In this document: positions 1 through 10,883 of the stretch, piece after piece
How positions within the stretch are numbered: position 1 is the stretch's first letter
Layout of the letters: each line of letters starts with the position of its first letter
Source: Gammaproteobacteria bacterium
GTDB taxonomy: Bacteria; Pseudomonadota; Gammaproteobacteria; QOAV01
DNA: 27,548 nt
Direction: 5' to 3'
NCBI GenBank assembly: GCA_027067235.1
Contig: JALXFQ010000067.1
Location: 1-27,548, forward strand
Translations under genes and position numbers: made by a program
Notes under the pieces: model-generated
Seen by the model: only the letters and a program-made list of their open reading frames with translations
Told to the model about the DNA's origin: nothing
The model's database searches: none

Positions 1-72
1 GATAAGTGCTGCTTTTTTACGGCCAGAGGCGGATTCTAGGTGGATGCACACACACTGGCAAGAACAGCCGTG

Positions 73-1353
73 CTATTTCATGCAGATCATGGAGGGCTGA
101 AAGTCGTCCTGACGTTCCAGCCAGGCCGCGCCCGCCTCGTCCATGGCGACATCCAGTATGCTGCCGCCATCTGCGACGCCGGACTCTTTCACCACCTCGA
201 GACGCTGAAAGATATGCGCCCGCAATCGCGCCGCTTCCGGCCCCAGTTTCAGGGTCTTGATCTGCCGGTAGTGGCTGAAATGGCCGGCGATGGCCGTTTT
301 CAGCCGGTCCATGCCCTCGCCGCTGCGGGCAGACAACCAGATATGCCGGTTATCCGTGCGGTTAGCCGGTATTTCCTCCCCTGCCAGATCGGTCTTGTTG
401 TAGACCACGATGCGCCTTATGTCACCGGCGCCGATTTCTGCCAGTACCCGGTTGACCTGTTCCTCCTGCTGGTCGTGATCAGGATCGGACCAGTCGACCA
501 CATGCAGCAGCAGGCTGGACTGGGTGACTTCTTCCAGGGTGGCATGAAACGCTTCCACCAGTCCGTGGGGTAAATCCTTGATGAATCCTACGGTGTCGGC
601 AATGATGACGTGATAATTGTCGGACAGATGTAGCTTGCGCATGGTGGTGTCCAGGGTCGCGAACAGCTGGTCCGCCTGATACACATCGGCGCCGGTCAGC
701 CGGTTGAACAGCGTGGACTTGCCGGCATTGGTGTAGCCCACCAGGGAAACCGTATGCACCGGCACTTTTTTGCGGTTCTGGCGGCGCAGTTCGCGCCTTC
801 GGGCGACTTTTTCCAGGCGTCTTTTCAGGGTTCTGATGCGACCGCCTATGAGTCGCCGGTCGGTTTCCAGCTGGGTTTCACCCGGCCCGCGCAGGCCGAT
901 ACCGCCTTTCTGGCGTTCCAGGTGAGTCCAGCCACGCACCAGCCGCGTGGAAAGGTACTGCAACTGGGCCAGCTCCACCTGCAATTTGCCTTCATGGGTC
1001 TGGGCGCGACGCGCGAAAATATCCAGTATCAGCCGGGTGCGGTCGATGACGCGCGTTTTCAGCGCACGCTCCAGGTTTCTCTCCTGCACCGGTGAAATGG
1101 CAGCATTGACCACCACCAGCCCGGCGCCATGGGCTTTTACCGCAGCCGCTATCTGTTCGACTTTGCCGGTGCCGAGAAAGGTGGAGGGGTGCGGTCGGGC
1201 GACATTGGCCAGCATGATTTCGGCCACTCCCGCGCCCGCCGAAACAGTCAGCAGGCGGATTTCCTGCGCGCCGGCTTCATCGGCCTTGAGACCGCCGAGC
1301 CCGATATGCACAACAACCGCCTTTTCCGGCGCAACCCCGGCCTCGACCATCAA
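73..1353 (-). CDS. hflX: GTPase HflX
   Basis: 426 aa; G1 GYTNAGKST, DQLFATLDTT, G3 DTVGF, G4 NKTD; GPGETQLETDRR; directly downstream of hfq. Start is TTG 1353 or ATG 1350. Confidence 0.96.
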   Translation of the reverse strand: MMVEAGVAPEKAVVVHIGLGGLKADEAGAQEIRLLTVSAGAGVAEIMLANVARPHPSTFLGTGKVEQIAAAVKAHGAGLVVVNAAISPVQERNLERALKTRVIDRTRLILDIFARRAQTHEGKLQVELAQLQYLSTRLVRGWTHLERQKGGIGLRGPGETQLETDRRLIGGRIRTLKRRLEKVARRRELRRQNRKKVPVHTVSLVGYTNAGKSTLFNRLTGADVYQADQLFATLDTTMRKLHLSDNYHVIIADTVGFIKDLPHGLVEAFHATLEEVTQSSLLLHVVDWSDPDHDQQEEQVNRVLAEIGAGDIRRIVVYNKTDLAGEEIPANRTDNRHIWLSARSGEGMDRLKTAIAGHFSHYRQIKTLKLGPEAARLRAHIFQRLEVVKESGVADGGSILDVAMDEAGAAWLERQDDFQPSMICMK

Positions 1354-1368
1354 GCGCGAAAAAGAACG

Positions 1369-1605
1369 TCAGCCATCCTCGCCTTCGACCGGAATGCGCA
1401 CTGCGCGAGACGGCACCACGGTGGAGATAGCGTGCTTGTAGATCATCTGGCTGACTGTATTCTTGAGCAGGATGACAAACTGGTCGAACGACTCGATCTG
1501 GCCCTGCAACTTGATGCCGTTTACCAGGAATATGGAAACGGGAATATGCTCTTTCCTTAGAACATTCAGATAAGGGTCTTGCAGCATAGCTCCTTTATTG
1601 GCCAT
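1369..1605 (-). CDS. hfq: RNA chaperone Hfq
   Basis: LQDPYLN...[25 protein letters not shown]...[10 protein letters not shown] Sm fold; GAGGA RBS; miaA-hfq-hflX order. Confidence 0.98.
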   Translation of the reverse strand: MANKGAMLQDPYLNVLRKEHIPVSIFLVNGIKLQGQIESFDQFVILLKNTVSQMIYKHAISTVVPSRAVRIPVEGEDG

Positions 1606-1676
1606 GATTCTATCCTCTAATTGTTATTATGCCGATGTACACGGATGCCCTGATTCTGACAGATTACCCGGCTGTA

Positions 1677-2642
1677 TTATTCCACAGTTTCCAGGCTTCG
1701 AGAAATGACACATGTCACTTTGTTATAATAATCCTGCCCGTCAGGGTCGATGGCCCGTGAAAAAGCGCTGCCGTACTGGCGCCTGAGCCAGGTCAGCTGG
1801 CGTTTTGCCAGTTGCCGGGTGGCGTATATGCCACGGTTTTCCAGTTCCTCGCGGTCATACTCGCCATTCAGATATTTCAGCGCCTGCCGATAACCGACCA
1901 TGCGCATGGCGGGAAGTTCGGCATGCACAGCGGGCTTTTGCAGCAGGGTTTCGACTTCCTGCACCAGCCCGGCCGCCAGCATGCGCCGAAAACGCAGCGC
2001 AATGCGCTGGTGCAGCACGGCGCGATCCTGCGGATTGATGACCAGCGTTTTTACCGTATGGGGCAAGGGGTCGCCGCGGTTTTGCGCCATTGCCACCGAG
2101 GGCGGCCCGCCGGTTATTTCGGCAATTTCCAGAGCACGCTGTATGCGCTGCGAGTCATTGGGGTCGATGCGGGCGGCCATCTGCCCGTCTATCGCCTGCA
2201 GACGTCGATGCATGGCCGGCCAGCCGGTTTGCGCCGCTTCTGACGCCAGTTGCTCGCGTATGGCCTGATCCGCTGCCGGCAGACGGGACAGGCCGTATTG
2301 CAGCGCGTGAAAATACATCATGCTGCCGCCCACCAGCAGCGGGAAGTTACCGCGGGCGAAGACGTCGCTGATTTCTGCCCGCGCGTCGGTGCAGAAACTG
2401 GCAGCCGAATACGTCTGCTGCGGCTCGCGGATGTCGATCAGGCGATGTGGCGCACGCGCCAGTTCCTCCGCCGTCGGCTTGCCGGTGCCGATATCCATGC
2501 CGCGGTAAACCAGCGAAGAATCCACGCTGATGATTTCCAGCGGAAACCGCTGCACCAGCTCCATGGCAACCGCGGTCTTGCCCGCTGCGGTGGGCCCCAT
2601 GAGAAAAAATACCGGCGCCCGGCTGTGCTCGCTACTGGCCAC
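1677..2642 (-). CDS. miaA: tRNA dimethylallyltransferase
   Basis: GPTAAGKT, ISVDS, YRGMDIGTGKP, LVGGS, TRQLAKRQLTW motifs. GTG at 2642 (11-nt overlap with mutL end) chosen over the ORF-track start at 2675. Confidence 0.95.
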   Translation of the reverse strand: MASSEHSRAPVFFLMGPTAAGKTAVAMELVQRFPLEIISVDSSLVYRGMDIGTGKPTAEELARAPHRLIDIREPQQTYSAASFCTDARAEISDVFARGNFPLLVGGSMMYFHALQYGLSRLPAADQAIREQLASEAAQTGWPAMHRRLQAIDGQMAARIDPNDSQRIQRALEIAEITGGPPSVAMAQNRGDPLPHTVKTLVINPQDRAVLHQRIALRFRRMLAAGLVQEVETLLQKPAVHAELPAMRMVGYRQALKYLNGEYDREELENRGIYATRQLAKRQLTWLRRQYGSAFSRAIDPDGQDYYNKVTCVISRSLETVE

Positions 2643-4401
2643 GTTTGAACCATTTGTCCAGCTGGGCAAGATCAATCTTGGTCCATGTTGGCCGCCCGTG
2701 ATTGCATTGACCGCTGCGCTCGGTTGCTTCCATATCGCGCAACAGGGCGTTCATCTCGGGGATGGTGAGCGCATGATTGGCGCGTACCGAAGCATGGCAG
2801 GCCACGGTGGACAACAGCTCGTTGACATGCGCTTCCACGCGTTCGGCGCTGCCGTATTCCAGCAGGTCAGCCACCACATCGCGCAGCAGTGTCGCCACGT
2901 CGGCGCCGGCCAGCAGCTGCGGTATTTCGCGCACCACCACCGACTCTTCACCCAGCACTTCAGCCACCAGTCCGGAACGCGACAGCAGCGCCTGAAATTC
3001 GCTCACGGCCGCCACCTCGTCCGGGTTCATCTGCAGGGTAACGGGCAACAGCAGCGGCTGGGACGTGATTGCGGCGTCTTCCCAGGCCTGTTTCAACCGT
3101 TCGTAGGTGATGCGCTCATGGGCGGCGTGCATGTCCACCACCACCAGACCTTCGCGGTTTTCGGCCAGTATGTAGACGCCGTGCAGCTGGGCAATGGCGT
3201 AACCCAGCGGCGGCATGTCTGCAGCGTCTTGCGCTTGCGGCTGGCGCGGGAAGTCACGCACCGGCATGTCCCGCGGCGAATGCAGATGCTGGTATCCCGC
3301 CAGGGTTTCACGCACCTGCAGACCGGATTGCTGCGGTAACGACCACTGCGGTGCCGGCGTGGCCCCGTCATCGCCGGCAAGATCGATGGGCGCGGCGCTA
3401 CCGGCGTTGGGACGGGAATCCTGCGCCACGATATCGCGCAGGGTGTGAAACACAAAGTCGTGCACCATGCGCGGTTCGCGAAAGCGCACCTCGTGCTTGG
3501 CCGGATGCACGTTGACATCCACCATGCCCGGATCCAGCTCCACATGCAGCACCCAGGCCGGAAAGCGGTCGTGATACATGACATCGGCGTAGGCCCGACG
3601 CACGGCATGGGCCAGCGAGGCATCGCGCACATAGCGGCCATTGACGAACAGATATTGCTGGTCGCGCTGACTGCGCGAATACACCGGCAGGCCGGCGCGA
3701 CCGTGGATACGCAGACCGTCTGTTTCGGCCTGAAAAGAAACCGATTGCGCGGCAAACTGCTTGCTCAGTACGCGGCCCAGCCTTTCTTCCAGATCGGTGC
3801 GGAAACGCAGCGTGGCGCGACCGTTGTGCAGCACAACCAGCTCCACATCGGGGCGCGCCAGCGCCAGACGCCTGATAACCTGCTCCACATGGCGATATTC
3901 GGTTCGATCGGTGCGTAAAAACTTGCGCCGCGCCGGGATATTGTAGAACAGCTGGCTGACTTCCACGGTTGTACCCGGTGCATGGGCAGCCGGCGCCGGC
4001 TGTTCATCCATCTGCCCGCCATGGCAGTGAATTTCCCAGCCCTGGTCGCTGCCAGCCAGGCGCGAACGCAGGCTCAGATGCGAGACGGAAGCAATACTCG
4101 GCAGGGCCTCGCCGCGAAAGCCCATGGTGACGACCTGCTTGAGATCGTCCAGGTCGCTGATCTTGCTGGTGGCGTGGCGGGTCAGCGCCGGAATCAGATC
4201 GTCGCGGCCGATGCCTTCGCCATCATCACGCACCACGATACGCGCTATGCCGCCCTGCTCCAGCTCCAGGGTAATGCGGGTGGCACCGGCGTCGATACTG
4301 TTTTCCACCAGCTCCTTGACCACCGAGGCCGGACGCTCGATCACCTCGCCGGCCGCAATCTGGTTGATCAGTCGGTTATCGAGCAGGCGAATGCGCGTCA
4401 T
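2632..4401 (-). CDS. mutL: DNA mismatch repair protein MutL, endonuclease-motif type
   Basis: NQIAAGEVIERPASVVKELVENSIDAG, GFRGEAL; C-terminal DMHAAHERITYE, ACH and CNHGRP motifs typical of MutH-independent MutL. Confidence 0.97.
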   Translation of the reverse strand: MTRIRLLDNRLINQIAAGEVIERPASVVKELVENSIDAGATRITLELEQGGIARIVVRDDGEGIGRDDLIPALTRHATSKISDLDDLKQVVTMGFRGEALPSIASVSHLSLRSRLAGSDQGWEIHCHGGQMDEQPAPAAHAPGTTVEVSQLFYNIPARRKFLRTDRTEYRHVEQVIRRLALARPDVELVVLHNGRATLRFRTDLEERLGRVLSKQFAAQSVSFQAETDGLRIHGRAGLPVYSRSQRDQQYLFVNGRYVRDASLAHAVRRAYADVMYHDRFPAWVLHVELDPGMVDVNVHPAKHEVRFREPRMVHDFVFHTLRDIVAQDSRPNAGSAAPIDLAGDDGATPAPQWSLPQQSGLQVRETLAGYQHLHSPRDMPVRDFPRQPQAQDAADMPPLGYAIAQLHGVYILAENREGLVVVDMHAAHERITYERLKQAWEDAAITSQPLLLPVTLQMNPDEVAAVSEFQALLSRSGLVAEVLGEESVVVREIPQLLAGADVATLLRDVVADLLEYGSAERVEAHVNELLSTVACHASVRANHALTIPEMNALLRDMEATERSGQCNHGRPTWTKIDLAQLDKWFKRGQ

Positions 4402-4416
4402 GGCCTGCGCACCCGG

Positions 4417-5580
4417 CTATTGGGTGGGAGATTCGGCAACGATTTTTCTTATGCGCCCGCTTTTGACGAAATGCTTGATGCCCTTGTAGATGGCGGTGGC
4501 GAACTTTTTCTGATGCAGCCTGCTTTTCAGCAGTTTCTCTTCTCTCGGATTGGAAATGAAAGCCGTCTCCACCAGAATGGACGGAATATCCGGCGATTTC
4601 AGCACCACGAACCCGGCCTGCTCGACGGAGCGCTTGTGCAGCCTGTTCACCTTGCCCAGTTCTTTCAATACGTCTGCGCCCAGATCCAGGCTTTCCGAAA
4701 TCTGTTGCGTCAGTGAAAGATCCAGCAGGACATCACGCACCACCGGATCCTTGTTTTGCAGGGGCACGCCGCCAATATAGTCAGACGCATTTTCCTTTGC
4801 CGCCAGACGCTTGGCGCGCTCCGAGGTCGCACCACGGCGGGACAGGACATAGACCGACGAACCGCTGGCGCTGGTATTCTTGTAGGAATCGGCATGAATG
4901 GAGACAAACAGGTCGGCCTGCTGTTTTTGTCTGGCGATGCGCGTGCGTTCACGCAGCGGTATGAAATAGTCGCCCTTGCGCACCAGTTCCGCGTCCAGTT
5001 CCGGATCTTTCTTGATCAGCCGGTAGAGTTCCCTGGCAATGCCCAGCACCACGGTTTTTTCATGCGCATGATAGCGCCTGCCGGGGGCGCCATAGTCTTC
5101 GCCGCCATGCCCGGCATCAATCGCCACCTTGATACGCGCCCTGGCCTTGTCCGCCAGCTTCGGCGCCCGGCGCCGGACCTTGCCCTGTTTGCGCCGCAGA
5201 TCCACCACCAGCCGGTGTCCATACACGTCGTTGGGCTTCAGCACCTGGGTGACGGGTGATACCTTTTCCTTCAGGTCAAGTACCACGCGCAGCGTGTCTT
5301 TCTGCGGCGACCCGCGGCGCACGTTGGTAATCAACTTACCCAGCAAACGCTGCTTGTCCAGTTCGCCGGTCCAGCGCGCGCCCTCCATGTCGATAACCAC
5401 GCGATGCGGCTTTTTCAGCGTGAAAACCTTGTATTTGACGCTGGAGCCCAGATCGAACACCACGCGCGTGTTGTCCGGCGCATTCCACACACGGATGTTT
5501 TTCACGTCCACCGTCCTGGCCGATCCGACCTGGGGCAGGATCAGGGCAATGAACAGAAACAGCTTCAGGGTTGTTTTCAT
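4417..5580 (-). CDS. amiB: N-acetylmuramoyl-L-alanine amidase (signal peptide + AMIN + Amidase_3)
   Basis: AIDAGHGGED, EK, FVSIHAD, SILVETAFISN zinc-amidase motifs. Named by its position between tsaE and mutL; no LysM tail seen, so the architecture is AmiC-like. Confidence 0.88.
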   Translation of the reverse strand: MKTTLKLFLFIALILPQVGSARTVDVKNIRVWNAPDNTRVVFDLGSSVKYKVFTLKKPHRVVIDMEGARWTGELDKQRLLGKLITNVRRGSPQKDTLRVVLDLKEKVSPVTQVLKPNDVYGHRLVVDLRRKQGKVRRRAPKLADKARARIKVAIDAGHGGEDYGAPGRRYHAHEKTVVLGIARELYRLIKKDPELDAELVRKGDYFIPLRERTRIARQKQQADLFVSIHADSYKNTSASGSSVYVLSRRGATSERAKRLAAKENASDYIGGVPLQNKDPVVRDVLLDLSLTQQISESLDLGADVLKELGKVNRLHKRSVEQAGFVVLKSPDIPSILVETAFISNPREEKLLKSRLHQKKFATAIYKGIKHFVKSGRIRKIVAESPTQ

Positions 5581-6038
5581 TGCAGTACTGACAAGAGTTC
5601 CTGGCCACGCTGACTGCCGGCAACAGCCATCAGCCGACGCGCATGGCCGACTGTTTCCAGATCAATCTGCACATCGGGGTCGGGCAGAAATCCCCTGCCG
5701 TTTACCGCCCATTCAATCAGGGCCACCGCCGCCGAGCCAAGATAATCCCTGACGCCGGCAAATTCCAGCTCCTCGGGATCTGCGATACGGTACAGATCAA
5801 AATGGCAAACTTCCAGATTCTTCATGGCATATAGCTCCACTAACGTGAACGTCGGACTCCTCACTGCCCCGACGTGACCGAGCTGGCGCAACATGCCGCG
5901 CACCAGGGTTGTTTTGCCAGCGCCCAGATCGCCATCCAGATAAAACCTGTCGCCGGATTGTAGCCTGCTCGCCAGCCGCCGCCCTGCCCGCTCTGTTTCT
6001 TCTGGTGTTTCCAGAATAATTTCAACTGGTTGCGACAT
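5577..6038 (-). CDS. tsaE: tRNA threonylcarbamoyladenosine biosynthesis ATPase TsaE
   Basis: LDGDLGAGKTT, VRSPTFTLVELY, HFDLYR, LIEW. ATG 6038 preferred (ORF track extends to 6059). 4-nt overlap with amiB. Confidence 0.95.
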   Translation of the reverse strand: MSQPVEIILETPEETERAGRRLASRLQSGDRFYLDGDLGAGKTTLVRGMLRQLGHVGAVRSPTFTLVELYAMKNLEVCHFDLYRIADPEELEFAGVRDYLGSAAVALIEWAVNGRGFLPDPDVQIDLETVGHARRLMAVAGSQRGQELLSVLQ

Positions 6039-6097
6039 ATTTGTAACCGTATATATCAAGCATTATTTACTACTTGCCAACGACTTTCAAGCGCAAC

Positions 6098-7207
6098 ATG
6101 CCGCAGCTTGCTGATAAACTCGCCGCCATGCCCGCTCATCCTCGACCATCCATCGACTACTCAAGCCTGGCCCGGCAGATAAAACAATGGGGCCGGGAAC
6201 TCGGTTTTTCGGCCGTGGGCATTACCGACACCCGTCTGGACGCCGCAGAGGCCGACTTTCTCAACTGGCTGAAACGCGGCCTGCACGGCGACATGGAATA
6301 CATGCAACGCCACGGCAGCAAGCGTACGCGGCCGGCGCAGCTGGTCAGCGGCACAATACGGATCATATCGGTACGCATGGACTACCGCCCGCCCGGGGCG
6401 CGCAACAGTAATGACATCCTCGACAATCCGCGCAAGGCTTTCATATCACGTTACGCGCTGGGCCGCGACTACCACAAGACCCTGCGTAACCGCCTGCAGA
6501 AGCTGGCCAGCAAAATCGAACAGGTTATCGGCGAATTCGGCTACCGTGCTTTTACCGACAGCGCGCCGGTACTGGAAAAACCGCTGGCGGAAAAAGCCGG
6601 GCTGGGCTGGATCGGCAAGCACAGCAACGTGATACACCGCAACGAAGGCTCGTGGTTTTTCATTGGCGAGCTGTTTACCGACCTGCCGCTGCCCGTGGAC
6701 CAGCCTTCCGGCAAGCACTGCGGGACTTGCGACGCCTGCCTGCGCGCCTGCCCCACCGGCGCCATCATCGAACCCTATACCGTGGACGCGCGACTGTGCA
6801 TTTCCTACCTTACCATCGAGCTGAAATCGTCCATCCCGGAGCGGCTGCGCCCGCTCATGGGCAATCGCATCTACGGCTGCGACGACTGCCAGCTGGTATG
6901 CCCGTGGAACCGCTTCGCCAGTGATACGAGCTGCGAGGATTTTGGCATACGCAATGGGCTGGACGACGTCGACCTGCTGGATCTGTTCCAATGGAGCGAA
7001 CACGAGTTTGACCTGAATCTGCGCGGCTCACCGATACGCCGCATCGGCCATGCATGCTGGCTGCGCAATATCGCCGTGGCGCTGGGTAATGGCGATGGTG
7101 GAACGCAAGTCATCGACGCGCTGCGGGAAAAAATGCAGCATCCCTCCGCCATGGTACGCGAACACGCGCAATGGGCGCTCAATCGGCTTTCAGGAACACT
7201 TCCCTGA
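6098..7207 (+). CDS. queG: Epoxyqueuosine reductase QueG
   Basis: [35 protein letters not shown] and [13 protein letters not shown] Fe-S motifs, [11 protein letters not shown]. Start uncertain (6074, 6098 or 6128). Confidence 0.94.
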   Translation: MPQLADKLAAMPAHPRPSIDYSSLARQIKQWGRELGFSAVGITDTRLDAAEADFLNWLKRGLHGDMEYMQRHGSKRTRPAQLVSGTIRIISVRMDYRPPGARNSNDILDNPRKAFISRYALGRDYHKTLRNRLQKLASKIEQVIGEFGYRAFTDSAPVLEKPLAEKAGLGWIGKHSNVIHRNEGSWFFIGELFTDLPLPVDQPSGKHCGTCDACLRACPTGAIIEPYTVDARLCISYLTIELKSSIPERLRPLMGNRIYGCDDCQLVCPWNRFASDTSCEDFGIRNGLDDVDLLDLFQWSEHEFDLNLRGSPIRRIGHACWLRNIAVALGNGDGGTQVIDALREKMQHPSAMVREHAQWALNRLSGTLP

Positions 7208-7736
7208 AGTATTTCAGTTCGCCTATGGATTCGCGAATATCATCCAGCGCCTTGTGGGTGTTTTCCTTTTTGAAGCCGTTGCAGATATCCGGCCGCCAGC
7301 GTTTTGCCAGTTCCTTGATGCTGCTCACATCCAGATTGCGGTAGTGCAGCCAGTCATTCAGCTCGGGCATGTATTTGTAGAGAAAGCGGCGATCCTGGCA
7401 AATGCTGTTGCCACACAGTGGTGAGCGGTTTTTCGGCACATGCTTCTGCAGGAATTCCAGAGTTTCCAGCTCGGCCGTGCGTGCCGAAATTTTCGAGCTT
7501 TTCACCCGCTCCACCAGCCCGGTGGCGTTATGGGTGCGCGTATTCCATTCGTCCATGGCGTCCAGCGCAGCATCGGGCTGATGGATGGCCAGCACCGGCC
7601 CCTCGGCGACGATATTCAACTGGCTGTCGGTAATGATGGTGGCAATCTCGATAATCAGGTCTGTCTCTGGCTCCAGCCCGGTCATTTCCAGATCCATCCA
7701 GACCAGCGCATTGGCGTCTTGCGGCATTGGTGACAC
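7179..7736 (-). CDS. orn: Oligoribonuclease
   Basis: [47 protein letters not shown] (DEDDh). Converges on queG with a 29-nt overlap. Confidence 0.97.
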   Translation of the reverse strand: MSPMPQDANALVWMDLEMTGLEPETDLIIEIATIITDSQLNIVAEGPVLAIHQPDAALDAMDEWNTRTHNATGLVERVKSSKISARTAELETLEFLQKHVPKNRSPLCGNSICQDRRFLYKYMPELNDWLHYRNLDVSSIKELAKRWRPDICNGFKKENTHKALDDIRESIGELKYFREVFLKAD

Positions 7737-7792
7737 TCTCTTGGTAAACGGTTATGCTTTTGATCCGGGGCGTAACTTACGGAGTATTGCAC

Positions 7793-8110
7793 ATGAAAAC
7801 CAGAAAAATATTACTGGCTGCATTCATTTCTGCCGGTTTTGCCGGAGCAGCCCAGAGCGCCATGCTGCTGGGTGATGCCGGGCATGGCGAGCAGCTGTAC
7901 AACGCCAAATGCGCCGGTTGCCACGTCAGCCAGTTTGGCGGCGACGGTTCGGGCGTCTTTACGCGCAAGGACCACCACATCACCACCATTGAGGGACTGA
8001 CCGGCAAAGTCAACAACTGCAACGCCATGACCCATGCCGGGCTTTCCGATGACGACATCAACGATGTCATCAAATATCTGGACGAGGCATTTTACAAGTT
8101 CGAGGAATAA
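7793..8110 (+). CDS. Small exported monoheme c-type cytochrome
   Basis: GGAG RBS before ATG 7793; Sec-type signal MKTRKILLAAFISAGFAGAAQSA; one CAGCH heme motif; 105 aa. Confidence 0.85.
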   Translation: MKTRKILLAAFISAGFAGAAQSAMLLGDAGHGEQLYNAKCAGCHVSQFGGDGSGVFTRKDHHITTIEGLTGKVNNCNAMTHAGLSDDDINDVIKYLDEAFYKFEE

Positions 8111-8121
8111 ACAGCGCCTCA

Positions 8122-8165
8122 CAGGATGTTGAAAAAGTCCTTTCCTGGACTTTTTCAATACCCTG
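8122..8165. terminator. Bidirectional intrinsic terminator-like hairpin between convergent cytochrome c and recR
   Basis: Perfect 12-bp arms TTGAAAAAGTCC (8129-8140) and GGACTTTTTCAA (8147-8158), extendable to about 19 bp, with a U-tract on both strands. Confidence 0.7.
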
Positions 8166-8762
8166 CTAAAGGTCCTTGCGGCCCTGAAACGCCCCGGCCA
8201 GCGTATTGCGGTCGACATATTCCAGCTCGCCGCCCACCGGCACGCCGCGCGCCAGTTGCGTCACCCTGATGCCCCGCTGCTTGACCAGCTGGGCGATAAA
8301 ATCCGCAGTGGCGTCGCCTTCCACCGTGGGGTTGGTGGCCATCACCACCTCTTCGATATTTTCTTCATCCAGCAGGCGTTGCAGACGATCCAGCCCCAGT
8401 TCCTCCGGGCCGATACCGTCCAGCGGCGACAAATGTCCCATGAGCACGAAATAGGTGCCGGAAAAAGCCTTCGACGTTTCGATGGACTCCAGGTCCGCCT
8501 GGGTTTCCACCACACACAGTTGGGCCGCGTTGCGTTTCGGCGAAGAACACACCGGGCACAGTTCGGTTTCGCTGAAATTGTTGCAGCGCCTGCAGCGGCG
8601 AATGGACTGCAGGGCGCCGGTGATGGCTTCGGACAGCGTTCGCGCGCCCCCGCGATCCCGGCCCACCAGATGAAACGCCATGCGTTGCGCCGTTTTCGGG
8701 CCCACGCCGGGCAAGGCGCACAGCGCTTTTTTCAGGCGCTCCAGGGCAATGGTCTCCAGCAT
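8166..8762 (-). CDS. recR: Recombination mediator RecR
   Basis: LPGVGPKTAQR HhH, CRRC...CPVC zinc finger, TOPRIM ATNPTVEGDATA, LARGVPVGGELEYVD. Confidence 0.97.
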   Translation of the reverse strand: MLETIALERLKKALCALPGVGPKTAQRMAFHLVGRDRGGARTLSEAITGALQSIRRCRRCNNFSETELCPVCSSPKRNAAQLCVVETQADLESIETSKAFSGTYFVLMGHLSPLDGIGPEELGLDRLQRLLDEENIEEVVMATNPTVEGDATADFIAQLVKQRGIRVTQLARGVPVGGELEYVDRNTLAGAFQGRKDL

Positions 8763-8773
8763 GACGAACGACC

Positions 8774-9088
8774 TTACAGATTCAGGCCGGGAATGTTCAT
8801 GCCACCGGTCACGCTGGCCATTTTTTCCTGCGTGGTGCTCTCCACCTTGCGCACGGCGTCGTTCACCGCCGCGGCTATAAGGTCTTCCAGCACTTCCTTG
8901 TCGTCTTCTATCAGGCTGGGGTCGATTTTTACCCGTCGCACGTCATGTCGGCAGGTCATTTCCACCTCCACCAGCCCGCCAGCCGCGCTGCCCGTCACCT
9001 CGATGCTGGCCAGTTCTTCCTGCATTTTTTTCATGTTTTCCTGCATCGCCTGAGCCTGTTTCATCAGGTTGCCGATCCCGCCTCTCAT
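8774..9088 (-). CDS. ybaB: YbaB/EbfC nucleoid-associated protein
   Basis: [33 protein letters not shown]; dnaX-ybaB-recR order; ATG 9088 follows a GAGGTG RBS. Confidence 0.94.
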   Translation of the reverse strand: MRGGIGNLMKQAQAMQENMKKMQEELASIEVTGSAAGGLVEVEMTCRHDVRRVKIDPSLIEDDKEVLEDLIAAAVNDAVRKVESTTQEKMASVTGGMNIPGLNL

Positions 9089-9095
9089 AACCACC

Positions 9096-10721
9096 TCATT
9101 GTTTTTTACCTTGAATTAAACTGTCATCCAGCTGCGCGCCAAAACGCTGTTGCAGGTCTTTCACCACCGGATTGGCGTGAACCTCATCCACCAGTTGCTG
9201 GCGCTGCTCCGATTCGATGCGATCAGATCGCGCTCGTGGTGTTTCCTGTTCAGGGGCGCCGAAATCCACGGTCAGTTTGATCGCCTCGCCATAGTACGCC
9301 GCCAGCGCCTGCTGCAGGCTGGCCTTGCGCTCGGCGTTCAGCACGCGCTCGTGCACCGGCTCCACCAGCAGACTGATCTCACCGGCCTGATGATGTTGCA
9401 GTACCGCGTTCAGGGCGATTTCGCGCAACAAGCCATTCAGCGGCAGTTTCGTCACCACATCGTGCCAGCTTTCTCCCGTGCTGGCGCCAGTCCGCGGAGC
9501 CTCGGCCTGCGGTCGCCGTGCGGAGGCGGCGCCTGATTCAGCGCCGGACGCCTGTTCGCCAGCGGCCGGCGGCCGCTGCTTCTGCTTGCCATGGGAGCCA
9601 TGGGCGGGTGGCGTCGGTTCAGGCGACTCCCCCGCCGGCGCCGGCCGAAACACCAGCATGCGCAACACAATCATCTCGAAACCGGTGCGCAAATACGGCG
9701 AATACGGTAAATCCTTCTTGCCGTTGATGGCAATCTGGTAATAAAGCTGCACGTCTTCCGGGCTGATTTTTTCCGCCACGCCAGCAACCCAGTCCCTGTC
9801 GAACCGGCTTTCCACCGGATAACGCCCCAGTTCCTGCACCATGGCCAGCTGATAAAGCAGAAAAATCAGGTCATCCAGCGCCGCCTCGAAATCCACCGAC
9901 ATTTCGGCCATTTTCGCCACCGCATCCATCAGCGCGGCGCTGTCACTGGCCGCCAGCGCATCCAGCACATGCTGAATATAGGCATCATCCACCATGCCCA
10001 GCATCTGCCGCACATCATCTTCGACAACGCGGCCGCTGCCATAGGCCAGAGCCTGATCCAGCAGGCTCAGCGCATCGCGCATGCTGCCGCGCGCCGAGTC
10101 GGCTATCAGGGCCAGCGCCCGCTGGTCATGTTCCATCGATTCGGCATCCAGCACCTTGCCCAGCTGCCCGGCGATTTCCGCTTCGCCGAGCGCGCGCAGG
10201 TTGAATTGCAGACAGCGCGACAACACCGTTACCGGTAGTTTTTTCGGGTCGGTGGTGGCGAACAGAAAAACCACGTGGGCCGGCGGCTCTTCCAGCGTCT
10301 TCAACAAGGCATTGAAACTGTGCCCGGAGAGCATGTGCACCTCGTCAATGAGATAGATCTTGTAACGACCGCTGGCCGGCGCGTATTGCACGTTATCCAG
10401 CAACTCGCGCGTATCATCAACCTTGGTGCGCGAGGCCGCGTCCACTTCCAGCAAATCGACAAAGCGGCCTTCATCCACCGACAGGCAGGCGGAGCATTTG
10501 CCGCAGGGCTCGGCGCTGACGCCCTGCTCGCAATTCAGCGCCTTGGCGAAAATGCGCGCAATGGTGGTCTTGCCCACGCCGCGCGTTCCGGTAAACAGAT
10601 AGGCATGGTGCAAACGGTTCTGATCCAGTGCGTGAACCAGCGCCTTGAGTATGTGCTCCTGCCCCACCACATCGGCAAACTGCCGGGGCCGCCATTTACG
10701 CGCAAGCGCCTGATTACTCAT
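9096..10721 (-). CDS. dnaX: DNA polymerase III subunit gamma/tau
   Basis: [16 protein letters not shown], CxxC zinc motif, [14 protein letters not shown], Pro/Ala linker and C-terminal tau domain. Confidence 0.97.
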   Translation of the reverse strand: MSNQALARKWRPRQFADVVGQEHILKALVHALDQNRLHHAYLFTGTRGVGKTTIARIFAKALNCEQGVSAEPCGKCSACLSVDEGRFVDLLEVDAASRTKVDDTRELLDNVQYAPASGRYKIYLIDEVHMLSGHSFNALLKTLEEPPAHVVFLFATTDPKKLPVTVLSRCLQFNLRALGEAEIAGQLGKVLDAESMEHDQRALALIADSARGSMRDALSLLDQALAYGSGRVVEDDVRQMLGMVDDAYIQHVLDALAASDSAALMDAVAKMAEMSVDFEAALDDLIFLLYQLAMVQELGRYPVESRFDRDWVAGVAEKISPEDVQLYYQIAINGKKDLPYSPYLRTGFEMIVLRMLVFRPAPAGESPEPTPPAHGSHGKQKQRPPAAGEQASGAESGAASARRPQAEAPRTGASTGESWHDVVTKLPLNGLLREIALNAVLQHHQAGEISLLVEPVHERVLNAERKASLQQALAAYYGEAIKLTVDFGAPEQETPRARSDRIESEQRQQLVDEVHANPVVKDLQQRFGAQLDDSLIQGKKQ

Positions 10722-10883
10722 GCAGAACAGCCAGACGCAAGAACCTGTGAAAACGCGATTTCACCGCCGCAGCAAGAACACGCCGCGCACCCAGCCGCAA
10801 GATACCTGGCAGATGAACGTTCGGGCTCGTGGCTGACAACACTAACGCAGAAAAAGTGCATGTTCAGAGGCTCACAGAAAGAA

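Noticed and set aside
9096-10721. E. coli-type -1 frameshift signal in dnaX
   Set aside because: I saw no A AAA AAG slippery site on the coding strand.
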